A DNA stretch of 64,000 nt from Candidatus Daviesbacteria bacterium. GTDB lineage: Bacteria; Patescibacteriota; Microgenomatia; Daviesbacterales; UBA10151. A program made the position numbers and the translations under genes. Location: positions 35,990-99,989 of the forward strand of contig JACPKL010000008.1 in assembly GCA_016187035.1 (NCBI GenBank). Reading direction: 5' to 3'. Shown here piece by piece: positions 25,201 through 34,171 of the stretch (position 1 is its first letter; each line of letters opens with the position of its first letter). The notes under the pieces are model-generated. The model ran no database searches. It saw only the letters and a list, made by a program, of their open reading frames with translations, and was not told the DNA's origin.

Positions 25201-26685
25201 GACTGTTCCAGCTTTTGGTAAACAAACTGGTTTGCTGCCAATTGCCATTTGAATACATTCCTCAGCTGCCAAACAGTATTTTGTCTCTAAAAATAGACAA
25301 AAAGAGGGATTCTCTCCCAGAATACTTTTGAGTGTTGTATTCTGATTAGCTTTTGTCTTAGCTGCTGCTATAGCATTATTAATTTCTGTTTGCTTGGTTT
25401 GTTCAGCTTCCCGCGCTTCTACTAAGGCACAGTCTTCAGTGCTGGTTGCATCAACACAAGCGCTTTTACCTGAACATGTCCGCCATGCACAATTTTCAGC
25501 GCTTGATATACATACATCTGGAGATTTAATGGTAGTATCATTGCAACTGTTTGGAGAACCTGGATTGGTCAGGTTTTTTATCTCATAAAAAACTGGTTTA
25601 AGTAGTCCTGTTCGGTGATCGATTAAGCCTAAATTTCGCCATTCAAGCTGCCCATCGCTTACTCTAGCTTGTCTAACATCATGGAGGCTAAACAAAAACG
25701 CCTTTTCAATCTCTGGTCGGCCTTGAAAGAAAGCAGTTGCATCTTTATCATAATCAGCCTGATTTTTTGGTGAATAATTTTTTTGTTTTTGTATTTCCTG
25801 TTGAATTTGATCATCACTGAAAGAATCTAAATAATCAGGAGCTGATCTCCAACCGTATTCTGTCACCCAGAATTTGCTGTTTTGGTAACCCTGCAAATTC
25901 TTAATAGCATTTATAAAAGCATTTAACCTGTCTCTATTATATGGGGGACCGCCGTTTTTCTGTCCTTCATTAATATAAAAATTAAGGCCAATTCTTAAGG
26001 CTTGCTCATCTGATAGGATATCAGTACGGCCTAGCCTACGGAGTTCTGTGTAAAAACGGGTAAAATAATTTATCACAAAGTTATATATTTTAAAGTTTTT
26101 AGAAGTTTGATAACCAGCTTGTCTATTAGTAGGATCCACATTAAACATATTTTGTAAATAATCGTCTGATATATAAAGGCCACCAGATACAATAGTTTTA
26201 TTAGAGTCTTTAAGGCCATCATAAAAGTGGATTACTTGTTGAACATAACCCTCAGGAGTGCAGTTGAAAAAATCATCTCCAATTTTTGGTGGATCTGGTT
26301 CTTTATTTTGTTCATTACCCACCTGCACTGCTTGAATAGCCTGGTTGTTTTTGATCTTGTCAATAAAGACTTGTTCATCATTAGGATTTCCACAATTATC
26401 TTGGTAAACTGCCAGCACATTTGTGCCTGTAAGACCGTAATTTTTAGGATTAAAGCCAGTATTATCAACAGGTTTGACAGTTAAAACTGTTCTGATCCAG
26501 TTAATATTTAATAAAGAGAATATATCAGATGTTTTCGATGTAGGTTTCCCCGAGGCATCATATTGTTGGACTGTCAGTGGTTGATATTGTCCTCCTACAT
26601 CAATACCAATCTCCCCAGCAAAAGCTGACTTTGGGAAACTGACTAAAAGACTTAATAAAAATAGATAGATAAATTTTTTAATCAT
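22198..26685 (-). CDS. 1495-aa secreted protein: clan GH-A-like glycosidase domain, Cys-rich modules, Pro/Ala linkers, C-terminal Ig-like repeats
   Basis: Signal peptide ...FPKSAFA. AVQVGNEQN and FWVTEYGW resemble clan-A acid/base and nucleophile motifs. Dozens of Cys. AAPPPPPAAPPPAAPPAPPAPPPAAGP and a second PA linker. Confidence 0.7.
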   Translation of the reverse strand: MIKKFIYLFLLSLLVSFPKSAFAGEIGIDVGGQYQPLTVQQYDASGKPTSKTSDIFSLLNINWIRTVLTVKPVDNTGFNPKNYGLTGTNVLAVYQDNCGNPNDEQVFIDKIKNNQAIQAVQVGNEQNKEPDPPKIGDDFFNCTPEGYVQQVIHFYDGLKDSNKTIVSGGLYISDDYLQNMFNVDPTNRQAGYQTSKNFKIYNFVINYFTRFYTELRRLGRTDILSDEQALRIGLNFYINEGQKNGGPPYNRDRLNAFINAIKNLQGYQNSKFWVTEYGWRSAPDYLDSFSDDQIQQEIQKQKNYSPKNQADYDKDATAFFQGRPEIEKAFLFSLHDVRQARVSDGQLEWRNLGLIDHRTGLLKPVFYEIKNLTNPGSPNSCNDTTIKSPDVCISSAENCAWRTCSGKSACVDATSTEDCALVEAREAEQTKQTEINNAIAAAKTKANQNTTLKSILGENPSFCLFLETKYCLAAEECIQMAIGSKPVCLPKAGTVSEDTLRLHGLYIGYPDKFDQLISVSDNKCQKDSACKSSVIAECTSKILEDPAIVPKECVTDHFAGINTQRKKEQAKIRIEETCNNKPQSVPDYNPQVCLGYNQANNCYDEDIYLDAFNECVLSSRQEAINKAREEAASSAAATGGSGAAPPPPPAAPPPAAPPAPPAPPPAAGPVTLTASDFCSPTDEICWQTFEMCKSDADKNKCMSDYQYSLLSNAAPVAPVAAPATPPPAAPPAPATPPPPPAAAPAAAAPCDRDCQIKQKTDYYCTNVTNTCGGKSCRTYLGTQTCTGYGDDVDTCMKDTKDKFLVCSEEDQNIPRNIKQQLDEGEVKFDEYVGQYCEFVWKAHHPDEGLDDNNGRRCEQTVVQRGCQNLKVDAFQDLESCVKTAAERLFTAPAIVAPIDQLRNVWTDQVSIDSIIGAWCGEAGKTGVKEKDCDNLAENTCAPLVLKETTNRSITFAECIQKRYNLGKFAQAPVGAEPTAPATEQPAPTPIPASIKKTAQVKAYINGLQEMEVPISAGTVNIGGKMFTENEDEACQNASIKLELYQIQESSPKLIALPYADFANCHSYVLDFKNLKLIPGEYELWVSHQDTDQYQTLAKAKLTLLSDIQFVQTPVIGSVLWCATKVGQTDTTTVSYPDVKGTLPAEYNRVNIYVNDSLRFTAEANTNLSSRLDDLDPNGEYLIQEEFYSEGTNPRPAFKCTAVSWKNGRKVKNNQNYSFHIVPFVTPVNNPSDDKTVELVDVVINARNQNNTSSQIPVDKSVNGNPVEVITSNSGEILYYDVQTGAFEISDKFRSTTGWDRVTLPRESLELSLDSLLITVSIEPFPDNNGDVPVNQPIKFIYTDGQSLQNPKFLVTSPHGEETISANIDQSLCKGGCTYYAEYKPLDPGSYTVTFTADNLETNIQPHPINFNLPAPAPAPDEPEVTSSAVLECPGETTGDIMNSGEDIWLSIPEDQTSMTCSLIRTFEDGSADSISVIYTLGEEQTPAPSVEAIGI

Positions 26686-27068
26686 TTTGGTAGTTTAAAG
26701 TCCTCTTCTTTAAATTGGGGGAAAGGTCTTAGGTATGCCCTTAGTTTAATTACAGCTTTTTTAATCTCTATAGTAGCTGAATTCTGATACCTTTGGTAAA
26801 TTAGCTGGTAAGCCTTGCTGTAATCAATATATTTGGTTTCCAAGGTCCTGTCTTTGGAAGCAAAAGAAACATACCTGACTATATCCTGGTCTTTTGGGTC
26901 TTTAAATGTTTGTTTAATGGTTTGCTCCAGATCTTCTTTGGTAGAAAAAGTTTTTAATGGTGTACTAACAGGTTTAATCATCTGTTTTTTAATCAAAACA
27001 GCACCTGTAACAGCCAGAATAATCAATAAACTGATAGATATGATAAAAATAATAATTTTTTTGTTCAT
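26682..27068 (-). CDS. TM-anchored small protein (paralog 2)
   Basis: 128 aa. Shares ...DIV.Y...A...........Y......Y......Y......L.......PQFK..DF..P with 27065-27463. ATGA overlaps at both ends. Confidence 0.55.
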   Translation of the reverse strand: MNKKIIIFIISISLLIILAVTGAVLIKKQMIKPVSTPLKTFSTKEDLEQTIKQTFKDPKDQDIVRYVSFASKDRTLETKYIDYSKAYQLIYQRYQNSATIEIKKAVIKLRAYLRPFPQFKEEDFKLPK

Positions 27069-27463
27069 GGTGATGGGAAATCTGTATCTTTAAACTGGGG
27101 ATAGATTTTGCTGTACTGTTTAACTCTTAATAAAACCAGATTATATTGGGGATTTTTGGAAGATTTATAAGCTTTGAGGATTTTGGAGTAAATGGTTGTA
27201 TAATAGGAATAGCTTTTATCAGGACTTTTCTCATTAAAAGCTAAAGTAGTATAGCCAACAATATCTTTATACCTGGAAGCAGTAAAAGTAGTTTTGATAA
27301 GTTTTTCCAGAGTTAATGTGGGGCTGGTTATTTTTGGTTTATTAATTAACTTAGGTACAGGTTTTGGTAAAAGCAAAGCTGCAGCTAAGACTACTGTTAA
27401 GACTACTGTTAAGACTATCCCAATACCAACCAGTAGTTTAAGATTCTTTTTAAGAATCCACAT
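27065..27463 (-). CDS. TM-anchored small protein (paralog 1)
   Basis: 132 aa. Tandem paralog of 26682-27068. The TM helix contains a 12-bp duplication (LTVVLTVVL). Confidence 0.55.
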   Translation of the reverse strand: MWILKKNLKLLVGIGIVLTVVLTVVLAAALLLPKPVPKLINKPKITSPTLTLEKLIKTTFTASRYKDIVGYTTLAFNEKSPDKSYSYYTTIYSKILKAYKSSKNPQYNLVLLRVKQYSKIYPQFKDTDFPSP

Positions 27464-27590
27464 ATCTTACATCTTGCTCATATAATAATAATGTTGTCAA
27501 GATAAGACGTGCTTGACAGAAACTAATACATATAGCTTCCAACCCCAGGGGTTTGAACGTAATATTTTTCTCATAGTTTTAATGATAAAA

Positions 27591-29882
27591 CTAATAGTTT
27601 CTAATTCCATCCAGGGTGGCTTGTTGGGCTGAGGGGGAGGCTAAAGTGGAAAAAGGATCAGAAAAAATCATCTTTTCCTCTTTACGCGCTACCCTGACCA
27701 GACTTTTGGGAATAACAGTGGCAATAACCAGATCTTTTCTGCCATCAACATTAGCCTCAACAATGCCTGCAGGACGCTCAAACGGATGATCGCTCCTGCC
27801 TGCCAGTAGTAACTTCATAATTCCATTCCAGATTGGAGCAGCTCCTGTCACACCTGAAGCTAAAGCTGGATTCATGGGGGAATTATTATTATTACCAACC
27901 CAAACTCCCACCACAAAATCAGGAGTGTAACCAAAGGTCCAATTATCCCTTTTATTATCTGAGGTGCCGGTTTTAACTGCGAGAGTTTTCCCTTCAATTT
28001 TTAATAAAGAGTCTAATCCAAAAGCGCTCTTTCTGGCCTCATTATCAGTTAAAATACTGGTTATTAAATATGCCACCTCTTTAGGAACAACCTGGATAGG
28101 ATGAGGTTCATATTCCTCCAAAACATTACCGTCTGAATCAGTTACTTTCAAAATTGGAGTGGAAATGTTTTTATTGCCCATCTGGGATAGTGTGTCATAA
28201 AGGGTCATCATATCTATCATTTTGACTTCAGCTGCTCCCAAGGTTAAAGCCAAACCATATCTTTTTGGATCAGTAAAAGTTGTCACACCCATATCTTTAG
28301 CAGTTTGGATTACCTCCTCCACCCCAACTATTGCTTCTACTTTAACAGCAGGCACATTATATGATGAGCCTAAAGCCTGCCTGATAGAAACAGCTCCATG
28401 ATATGACCCGTCATAATTAACAGGGGAGTAGCTGTTTCCCCAATTATCCCTAAAAGCAACCGGTACATCCAAAACAGTATTGCCGGGAGAAAAGCCTTGT
28501 TTAAAAGCAGTAGCATAAGTAGCCACTTTAATGGAAGAGCCTGGCTGTCTTAGAGAAAGAGTCACATTAAATGCTCCAAACTCCTCATTATGGTAGTCTT
28601 TGCTTCCTACCATGGCTAGAATTTGGCCTGTTTTAGCCTCTACCACCATCGCTGCCCCGTTTTTAACATTTAAAGGGCCTAACTTGTTTACTTCCTCAGC
28701 CACAATTTTTTCAACTTTTTCCTGCATATTTAAATCAATAGTAGTAATGATTTTTAATCCTCCTTGTGACACAGATCTTTGGCCATATTTTTGGGAAAGG
28801 GAATCTTTAACAAACATCACAAAATGCGGGGCCTTGATATTATTTTGAGCAGGTTTTAAATATAAGTCCTCTGAATAGGCTGAATTAGCCTTATTTTGGG
28901 TTAAGAATTTATTTTCCACCATTCTTCTTAACACTTCTTTTTGCCTGTCTTTACCAAGTTCAGGATTTGAGCCATAAGGGGAAAATTGAGTTGGGGAAGC
29001 TGGCAAGCCTGCCAAGTAAGTTGCTTGAGCCAGGGTCAAATCTTTGGCTGGTACCCCAAAATAAGTTTCTGCAGCTGCTTCAACACCCCATGCTGTACCG
29101 CCATACGGAGCTTCATTGACATACATTTGTAAAATCTGATCTTTTTTATAAAGCCTTTCAGCCCAAAGAGCCAGAATAATCTCTTTAACTTTACGGATAT
29201 AAGTTTTTTCCGGAGTAAGCAGGGTGTTTTTAATCAGCTGCTGGGTGATGGTAGAGGCGCCTTCTAAATTCTCGTTGTCAGGGCGTTTTTGAAAATTTGC
29301 CAAAGCAGCTCTGAGAATAGCTCTGATATCTATTCCCGGATGTGAATAAAAATTCCTGTCTTCAGCAGCAATGGTTGCTTGAATAAAGTAAGAAGGGAGG
29401 GAATTAAGATTAGCCAGGCTGCGGTTTCTGCCTTCATACATTCTATATAAAAGTTTTCCATTCCTGTCATAAAATTCAGTGGTTAAAGCTCTGTCCGGGG
29501 AAATTAGCTTTTCAGGAGAGGGGAGCTGGTAAGCGGCAATAAAAACAAAAGAAGTATAAAAATATACTAAAATAGCTATCAAGCTTAAGGCAAAGCTTAT
29601 TTTAATTTTTTTGGATACTCTTTTTCTATAATAAAATTTAAGCTTATTTAAGTAGTAGGGGATAAACCACTCTTTTCTGGGCCTGCCCCTGCTTCTATGA
29701 AGCAGATGGAGGTTGGGGATTGGCAGTAAATAGATTACAACTTTAAGAGCATATACAGGGAGTTTGACAGTGTGTTTAACTAACCAGATTTCTGCCTGCC
29801 CGATTTTTATTAAAATATATTGCACGAACAAAAGAACCGTTTTAACAGGATTTAAGTTGTTCAATATTTGTCCTCTAGGCAT
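27591..29882 (-). CDS. Bifunctional class A penicillin-binding protein (GT51 transglycosylase + transpeptidase)
   Basis: EDRNFYSHPGIDIRAILRAA, GASTITQQL, RQPGSSIKV (SxxK), KTGTSDN. Confidence 0.9.
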   Translation of the reverse strand: MPRGQILNNLNPVKTVLLFVQYILIKIGQAEIWLVKHTVKLPVYALKVVIYLLPIPNLHLLHRSRGRPRKEWFIPYYLNKLKFYYRKRVSKKIKISFALSLIAILVYFYTSFVFIAAYQLPSPEKLISPDRALTTEFYDRNGKLLYRMYEGRNRSLANLNSLPSYFIQATIAAEDRNFYSHPGIDIRAILRAALANFQKRPDNENLEGASTITQQLIKNTLLTPEKTYIRKVKEIILALWAERLYKKDQILQMYVNEAPYGGTAWGVEAAAETYFGVPAKDLTLAQATYLAGLPASPTQFSPYGSNPELGKDRQKEVLRRMVENKFLTQNKANSAYSEDLYLKPAQNNIKAPHFVMFVKDSLSQKYGQRSVSQGGLKIITTIDLNMQEKVEKIVAEEVNKLGPLNVKNGAAMVVEAKTGQILAMVGSKDYHNEEFGAFNVTLSLRQPGSSIKVATYATAFKQGFSPGNTVLDVPVAFRDNWGNSYSPVNYDGSYHGAVSIRQALGSSYNVPAVKVEAIVGVEEVIQTAKDMGVTTFTDPKRYGLALTLGAAEVKMIDMMTLYDTLSQMGNKNISTPILKVTDSDGNVLEEYEPHPIQVVPKEVAYLITSILTDNEARKSAFGLDSLLKIEGKTLAVKTGTSDNKRDNWTFGYTPDFVVGVWVGNNNNSPMNPALASGVTGAAPIWNGIMKLLLAGRSDHPFERPAGIVEANVDGRKDLVIATVIPKSLVRVARKEEKMIFSDPFSTLASPSAQQATLDGIRNY

Positions 29883-30074
29883 GTTTTTTATTAAGTAGGA
29901 CAGTTGGAGCTTTGTGAGCGTATTCTAAGATATTTTTCTTAAAGCTTCAAGAGGGTAAATTGAAATGATTATAGGATGTGGTAAAATGCAGAATAACTAT
30001 GATACAAGTTTCGCTGGAATGACAGGAAAGTAAGAATGATGCTGGAGAAAACTGAACTCATGCTGCTATAAAAG

Positions 30075-30103
30075 TTGACTTTTAAAAACCTATAGTGTAG
30101 AAT
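30075..30103 (+). promoter_or_regulatory. Sigma70-like promoter TTGACT-17 nt-TAGAAT
   Basis: TTGACT at 30075-30080 and TAGAAT at 30098-30103. ATG 30112 follows 8 nt later, making this a leaderless candidate. Confidence 0.5.
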
Positions 30104-30111
30104 GTATAAAT

Positions 30112-30402
30112 ATGGGTATTTGGAGTAAAGAAACTGTTAATATTGAACATGGGCTGCCAATAGGCAAGTTAGCAGAACGGGAAGTGGCAAAAAGTCCTTT
30201 TTTAAGCACCGTGAAAAGGACTCGTAGCATCACTGGTGGCGCTCCTCAGGTATTGCTAGTCATAGGTGGTGTAGCCTTATCTATGCTTTTTGCGACAGGG
30301 ATCACTGAATGTAATCTGCGTTCAGCTGAAAAGGATGTAGCAGCAGCCAAAGCCATTGCTGTGAGGTTAGCTACTCCTACTCCTCAACTAACCAGCAGAT
30401 AA
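30112..30402 (+). CDS. Hypothetical small membrane protein
   Basis: 96 aa with one TM (VLLVIGGVALSMLFATGI). Supported mainly by the well-placed promoter. Confidence 0.35.
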   Translation: MGIWSKETVNIEHGLPIGKLAEREVAKSPFLSTVKRTRSITGGAPQVLLVIGGVALSMLFATGITECNLRSAEKDVAAAKAIAVRLATPTPQLTSR

Positions 30403-31301
30403 AGTCCAACTCCCAAAAGTCCTATTCCTGCTAGTTTAGATAGCAGTATCAGGAAAGAGTATTTTTCTTTAAACAGCCATAAACTAAATAAAAATAAAAA
30501 CACATATTGAATCCCTTGCAGGGAATTGACTAAAGCAGGGGAGGTTAGAGAAATAGCATAAGTTAACAGCAGCTGTTGGGTACCTCCCAGAGCCTGCCCA
30601 AACAGAAACAAAAATCCCGTTTTCTTGCCACCCTGGATAACAGAATGATTGTTGGAAGAAAGGACTATTTTGCGCAAAGAAGGAATCACTAAAATACTTA
30701 AAATAAGAGGAATTAAGATTATTCTTGAATAAACTAAAACTGTTAAAAAGTTAGACTCTAAGTAAGCCTGTCTCAAAACTAGATAAGAAACAGCGAACAA
30801 GAGAGCAGAGAGTATCCCCAGTAACAGCTCACCTCCGAGGAGTGGCTTTGTCCCTTCACCGGAGGTGTTGGTACCCATACATATATACGATCGTATCAAT
30901 GTATGGGAATTGAGGGTGATTAATCCTAAGATTAAAACTGCTACTGCTGCCAATTGAGTTTGGGAGATGCTTGAAAAAATTGCAGCATGGATCAAAAGCA
31001 AGAGGGGAACAAAAGTTCCAATTGTTGGCACTACCTTGGATACTTGCCCAATTTTGATGGCAGCAAACATGAAATAAGCGCCTGAGGTCCAAAGTATGGT
31101 TGAGACAGATGCTAAAAGTAAGGTATAGGAGTTAGGGATGGGGGTAAAAGGTAAAGCCAGAAGAATTAATAAGCTAAATAAAGAAATATAAATAACATAG
31201 CTTAAAGGGTTGGGGATGGATTTGGCCAGTAAGAATTTATCAATTGTTACAGCAATGCTGTTTAAAAGGTAAGCTAGGATGGTAAAAGGTAGATAAGACA
31301 T
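30384..31301 (-). CDS. EamA/DMT-family transporter
   Basis: 10 TM helices in two halves. TAATG junction with the upstream GH1 gene. Confidence 0.7.
   Translation of the reverse strand: MSYLPFTILAYLLNSIAVTIDKFLLAKSIPNPLSYVIYISLFSLLILLALPFTPIPNSYTLLLASVSTILWTSGAYFMFAAIKIGQVSKVVPTIGTFVPLLLLIHAAIFSSISQTQLAAVAVLILGLITLNSHTLIRSYICMGTNTSGEGTKPLLGGELLLGILSALLFAVSYLVLRQAYLESNFLTVLVYSRIILIPLILSILVIPSLRKIVLSSNNHSVIQGGKKTGFLFLFGQALGGTQQLLLTYAISLTSPALVNSLQGIQYVFLFLFSLWLFKEKYSFLILLSKLAGIGLLGVGLYLLVS
30830..30907. repeat. Two adjacent palindromes, in frame in the central loop of the EamA gene
   Basis: cacctccg (30830-37) pairs with cggaggtg (30860-67). cccatacat (30874-82) pairs with atgtatggg (30899-907), enclosing the perfect 12-nt palindrome atacgatcgtat (30885-96). 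Confidence 0.85.
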
Positions 31302-32581
31302 TATTTTCCTTTTATAATTTCTTTATACCTTTTCTCTAACACTTCTTCAGCATCAACAGTGTGACCTAAAAATCTAAGCAGGGAATGGGGAATCCCATTA
31401 TGTTGAATAATATCTGTATACACCAGCGCTGAAGGTCTGATTTTTCTTTCCTGGGTAGTATAATCCACCTCAATCAGACCAAACCTGGGATCAAAACCTC
31501 TGTGCCATTCAAAATTATCAATTAAAGACCAATAGAAAAATCCTCTGACATTCACTCCTGCCCTGATAGCCCTAAACACTTCCTGCAAATAAGCAATCAG
31601 AAAGCGGTTGCGTCTGTCATCATTAGTTGAAGCAATCCCGCACTCAGTAATATAAATAGGTATGTCATCAGAAAGATCAGTTAACACTTCAAATAACCCT
31701 TCAGGATAAATTTCCCAGCCCAAATCTGAAACATCATGAGTTTGCTGAAGTAAATTAACCTGCTTGGGCACTAAACCATGAGTGGTAAACCTGACATGGA
31801 AATAATAATTAATGCCTAAAAAATCATGAGTGCCTTTAGTTAAAAAATAGAATAAATGATTTGCTGCTAAATCATTTAAAGATACAGCTGCCTGTTCTAA
31901 GATTGAGTGTTTATGATAAGACTCAAAAGATAACACATTATTAGCAATTCCAATAGGTTTGCCAGCCGGGAAACTTTGATGCAAAAATTTATAAATTCTT
32001 TTGTGGGCTGAAGCTAAATTAAGGGTAGTTTTTATTTGTCCAAGAAAACTTTTTTTAAGCTGGGGCCATTCTTTCCTAATATAAGTTTCATAAATATAAA
32101 CACCTGGTTCATTTAAAGTAATCCAAAAATCAACATACTCAGCCAGTTCCGGGACCACTCTTTTAACAAATTCTTCAAAATATTTAATAGTTGCCCTGTT
32201 TTCCCAACCGCCTAATTTAGCTACCCATTTAGGCAAAGTAAAATGCCAAAGGGTTAAAAAGACAGTCATCTTAAGAGACTTAAGGTACTTGAGCATCTTA
32301 ACATAATGCTCTATTTCTTCAGGGTCAAATTTACCCTGTTCAGGCTCTATCCTGGACCATTCAATAGACAAACGGTGGGCATTATGATTAAGCTGTTTTG
32401 CTAAGCAGAAGTCTTTCTCATAAAGATGATACTCGTCACAAGCTTTACCTGCGCTTTTAAAATCTTCCCAATCAGCATTTAGATTGTTTCCTTCTACCTG
32501 ATAAGCTGAGGTAGCAGCCCCCCATAAAAAATCAGGAGGAAACTTTAAAGTATCATGGTCGTGTTTTTCTTGAGGAGGCAT
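31301..32581 (-). CDS. Glycoside hydrolase family 1 (beta-glucosidase-like)
   Basis: FLWGAATSAYQVEGN, TLNEPGVY (acid/base), YITECGIA (nucleophile region), WSLIDNFEW. Confidence 0.85.
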   Translation of the reverse strand: MPPQEKHDHDTLKFPPDFLWGAATSAYQVEGNNLNADWEDFKSAGKACDEYHLYEKDFCLAKQLNHNAHRLSIEWSRIEPEQGKFDPEEIEHYVKMLKYLKSLKMTVFLTLWHFTLPKWVAKLGGWENRATIKYFEEFVKRVVPELAEYVDFWITLNEPGVYIYETYIRKEWPQLKKSFLGQIKTTLNLASAHKRIYKFLHQSFPAGKPIGIANNVLSFESYHKHSILEQAAVSLNDLAANHLFYFLTKGTHDFLGINYYFHVRFTTHGLVPKQVNLLQQTHDVSDLGWEIYPEGLFEVLTDLSDDIPIYITECGIASTNDDRRNRFLIAYLQEVFRAIRAGVNVRGFFYWSLIDNFEWHRGFDPRFGLIEVDYTTQERKIRPSALVYTDIIQHNGIPHSLLRFLGHTVDAEEVLEKRYKEIIKGK

Positions 32582-32651
32582 GATATATTATATTTATTAT
32601 GTACTATTCAAAGGTAAGTAGCAATCAATATCTTAATCAAACTACAAAAAG

Positions 32652-33371
32652 ATGATTAAATTGCTGCCCTTTATCTTAATACCTGTTCTAATCATAGGGG
32701 TTTTAGGCTACTGGCGTTTTTCAGCCTCATCCAAGAATTTAACTACTCCACAAACTGAAAGTGATGTTCCTATTGAAGTTCCCAAAACCTTACCTCAAGC
32801 CAGTTTAGAAGATAGGGTTAAAGCTTTGGAAGAAGTGGTGAATAAATTAGTTGCTCAGGTGAATAATTTAAAAGCTCAACCAAGTCCGGCTTCATCTGCT
32901 AACTCTTCAAGCTCTAACCCAAATGATCTGGATTCTCAGGTAACGCAGTTAAAAGTAAGGGTGTCTGCTTTGGAAAAAGCCACTCCAGCGCCTGTTTCTG
33001 GCAGCTCTAAATATCCTTTATATATTCCCTTGGGTTCCAGCGCAGGGCCTTGGAGCAACCAGGATTGGGTCAGCGCCTCAGAGTATGAGACAGTTATTGA
33101 TCCTGGTAATTATGCCAATTATACCAGTATGCAGCTAGAGGTTAATTTTAGATTAATAGAAACAGCAGGAACAGGTTCTGTCAGGCTGTATAATGCTTCT
33201 GATAATTCTGCCATTTCTTCCCAGGTAGATACCACCTCTTCCAGTTTTAGTTTGAAAACCTCATCTACTTTTACTTTACCCTCAGGCAGCAAAACATATA
33301 AATTACAAACCAAAAGCTCCCAAGGAAAAGATCTATATATCCAATCTGCCAGGATTAAAGTTAATTTTTAA
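32652..33371 (+). CDS. TM-anchored hypothetical protein (coiled coil + beta-rich C-terminal domain)
   Basis: 239 aa. N-terminal TM, then LEDRVKALEEVVNKLVAQVNNLK coiled coil. Confidence 0.5.
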   Translation: MIKLLPFILIPVLIIGVLGYWRFSASSKNLTTPQTESDVPIEVPKTLPQASLEDRVKALEEVVNKLVAQVNNLKAQPSPASSANSSSSNPNDLDSQVTQLKVRVSALEKATPAPVSGSSKYPLYIPLGSSAGPWSNQDWVSASEYETVIDPGNYANYTSMQLEVNFRLIETAGTGSVRLYNASDNSAISSQVDTTSSSFSLKTSSTFTLPSGSKTYKLQTKSSQGKDLYIQSARIKVNF

Positions 33372-34093
33372 AGGGTAATAACCAGGTCATCAGTAGCACA
33401 GATGGTGTTGGGGAAAATAGATTGGGCTGCTTTTTCTGCTTCTCCTCTTTGTTTTAAGCTGGTATAAAGGCTGGCATCAAAGTGAGTTAAAACCAGCTTG
33501 TTAACTCCTGTTTCTTTGGCCAGTGTAGCTGCCTCATCTGGACCAACATGGCCCCAGCTGCTTTTTGGATGATCTAACAAATAAGAACTTTCATGGATCA
33601 ACAAATCAGCATTTTCAGCCAGTTTGTAGCTGGCCTTAGAAATTCCTGCATCTCCTGAATAAGCAATTATTTTTCCATCAAGAGTAATCCTAAATCCATG
33701 GTCTTTATAAGCATGGAAAAGCTCTATTATTTCAACCGGGAAAGGCAAATCCTCACAAAAATTTACCTTCATCTTATATTTATTAGTAGGAGTGGTAAAA
33801 GGAGGGGTAACTAACTTGTCAAAATCCTGCTTTCTGCCTTCAGGCAAACAAATATTTATCCCTTGGGCAAAGGTAAATTTATTTAAAACATGCAGTCCTT
33901 CAACATGGTCAAGATGGAAATGGGAAATAAACAGGTAAATTGGTTTTGTTTCTTTAATATGTTGGTCTAATTTATAGATGCCATTTCCCCCGTCAAAGAT
34001 TACATAATAATCTTTGCTGTCTATCAAGATACAAGCAGTATTTCCGGTCTGAGTTGTATACCAACCATTAGTTCCCAAAAAAATAATTTTCAT
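33368..34093 (-). CDS. MBL-fold metallo-hydrolase (RNase Z-like)
   Basis: MKIIFLGTNGW...FISHFHLDHVEGL. Start moved to ATG 34093 because the track ORF's first 21 codons overlap tRNA-Trp. Confidence 0.8.
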   Translation of the reverse strand: MKIIFLGTNGWYTTQTGNTACILIDSKDYYVIFDGGNGIYKLDQHIKETKPIYLFISHFHLDHVEGLHVLNKFTFAQGINICLPEGRKQDFDKLVTPPFTTPTNKYKMKVNFCEDLPFPVEIIELFHAYKDHGFRITLDGKIIAYSGDAGISKASYKLAENADLLIHESSYLLDHPKSSWGHVGPDEAATLAKETGVNKLVLTHFDASLYTSLKQRGEAEKAAQSIFPNTICATDDLVITL

Positions 34094-34096
34094 TTG

Positions 34097-34171
34097 TGGC
34101 AGGGGCGGGAGGAATCGAACCTCCAGGGTCGGATTTGGAGTCCGATCGTTTGCCAATTAACGGACGCCCCT
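34097..34171 (-). tRNA. trnW: tRNA-Trp (anticodon CCA), CCA end encoded
   Basis: Acceptor AGGGGCG/CGCCCCT. Anticodon arm TCGGA-CTCCAAA-TCCGA. T arm GGAGG-TTCGATT-CCTCC. Ends G-CCA. 75 nt. Confidence 0.9.

Noticed and set aside
27387-27418. 12-bp duplication aagactactgtt x2.5
   Set aside because: It is a real repeat but trivial. It merely duplicates LTVV within a TM helix of a small paralog and does not warrant a finding.
34094-34156. First 21 codons of the track's MBL-hydrolase ORF
   Set aside because: They are the reverse complement of tRNA-Trp. MKIIFLGTNGW at 34093 is the natural start.
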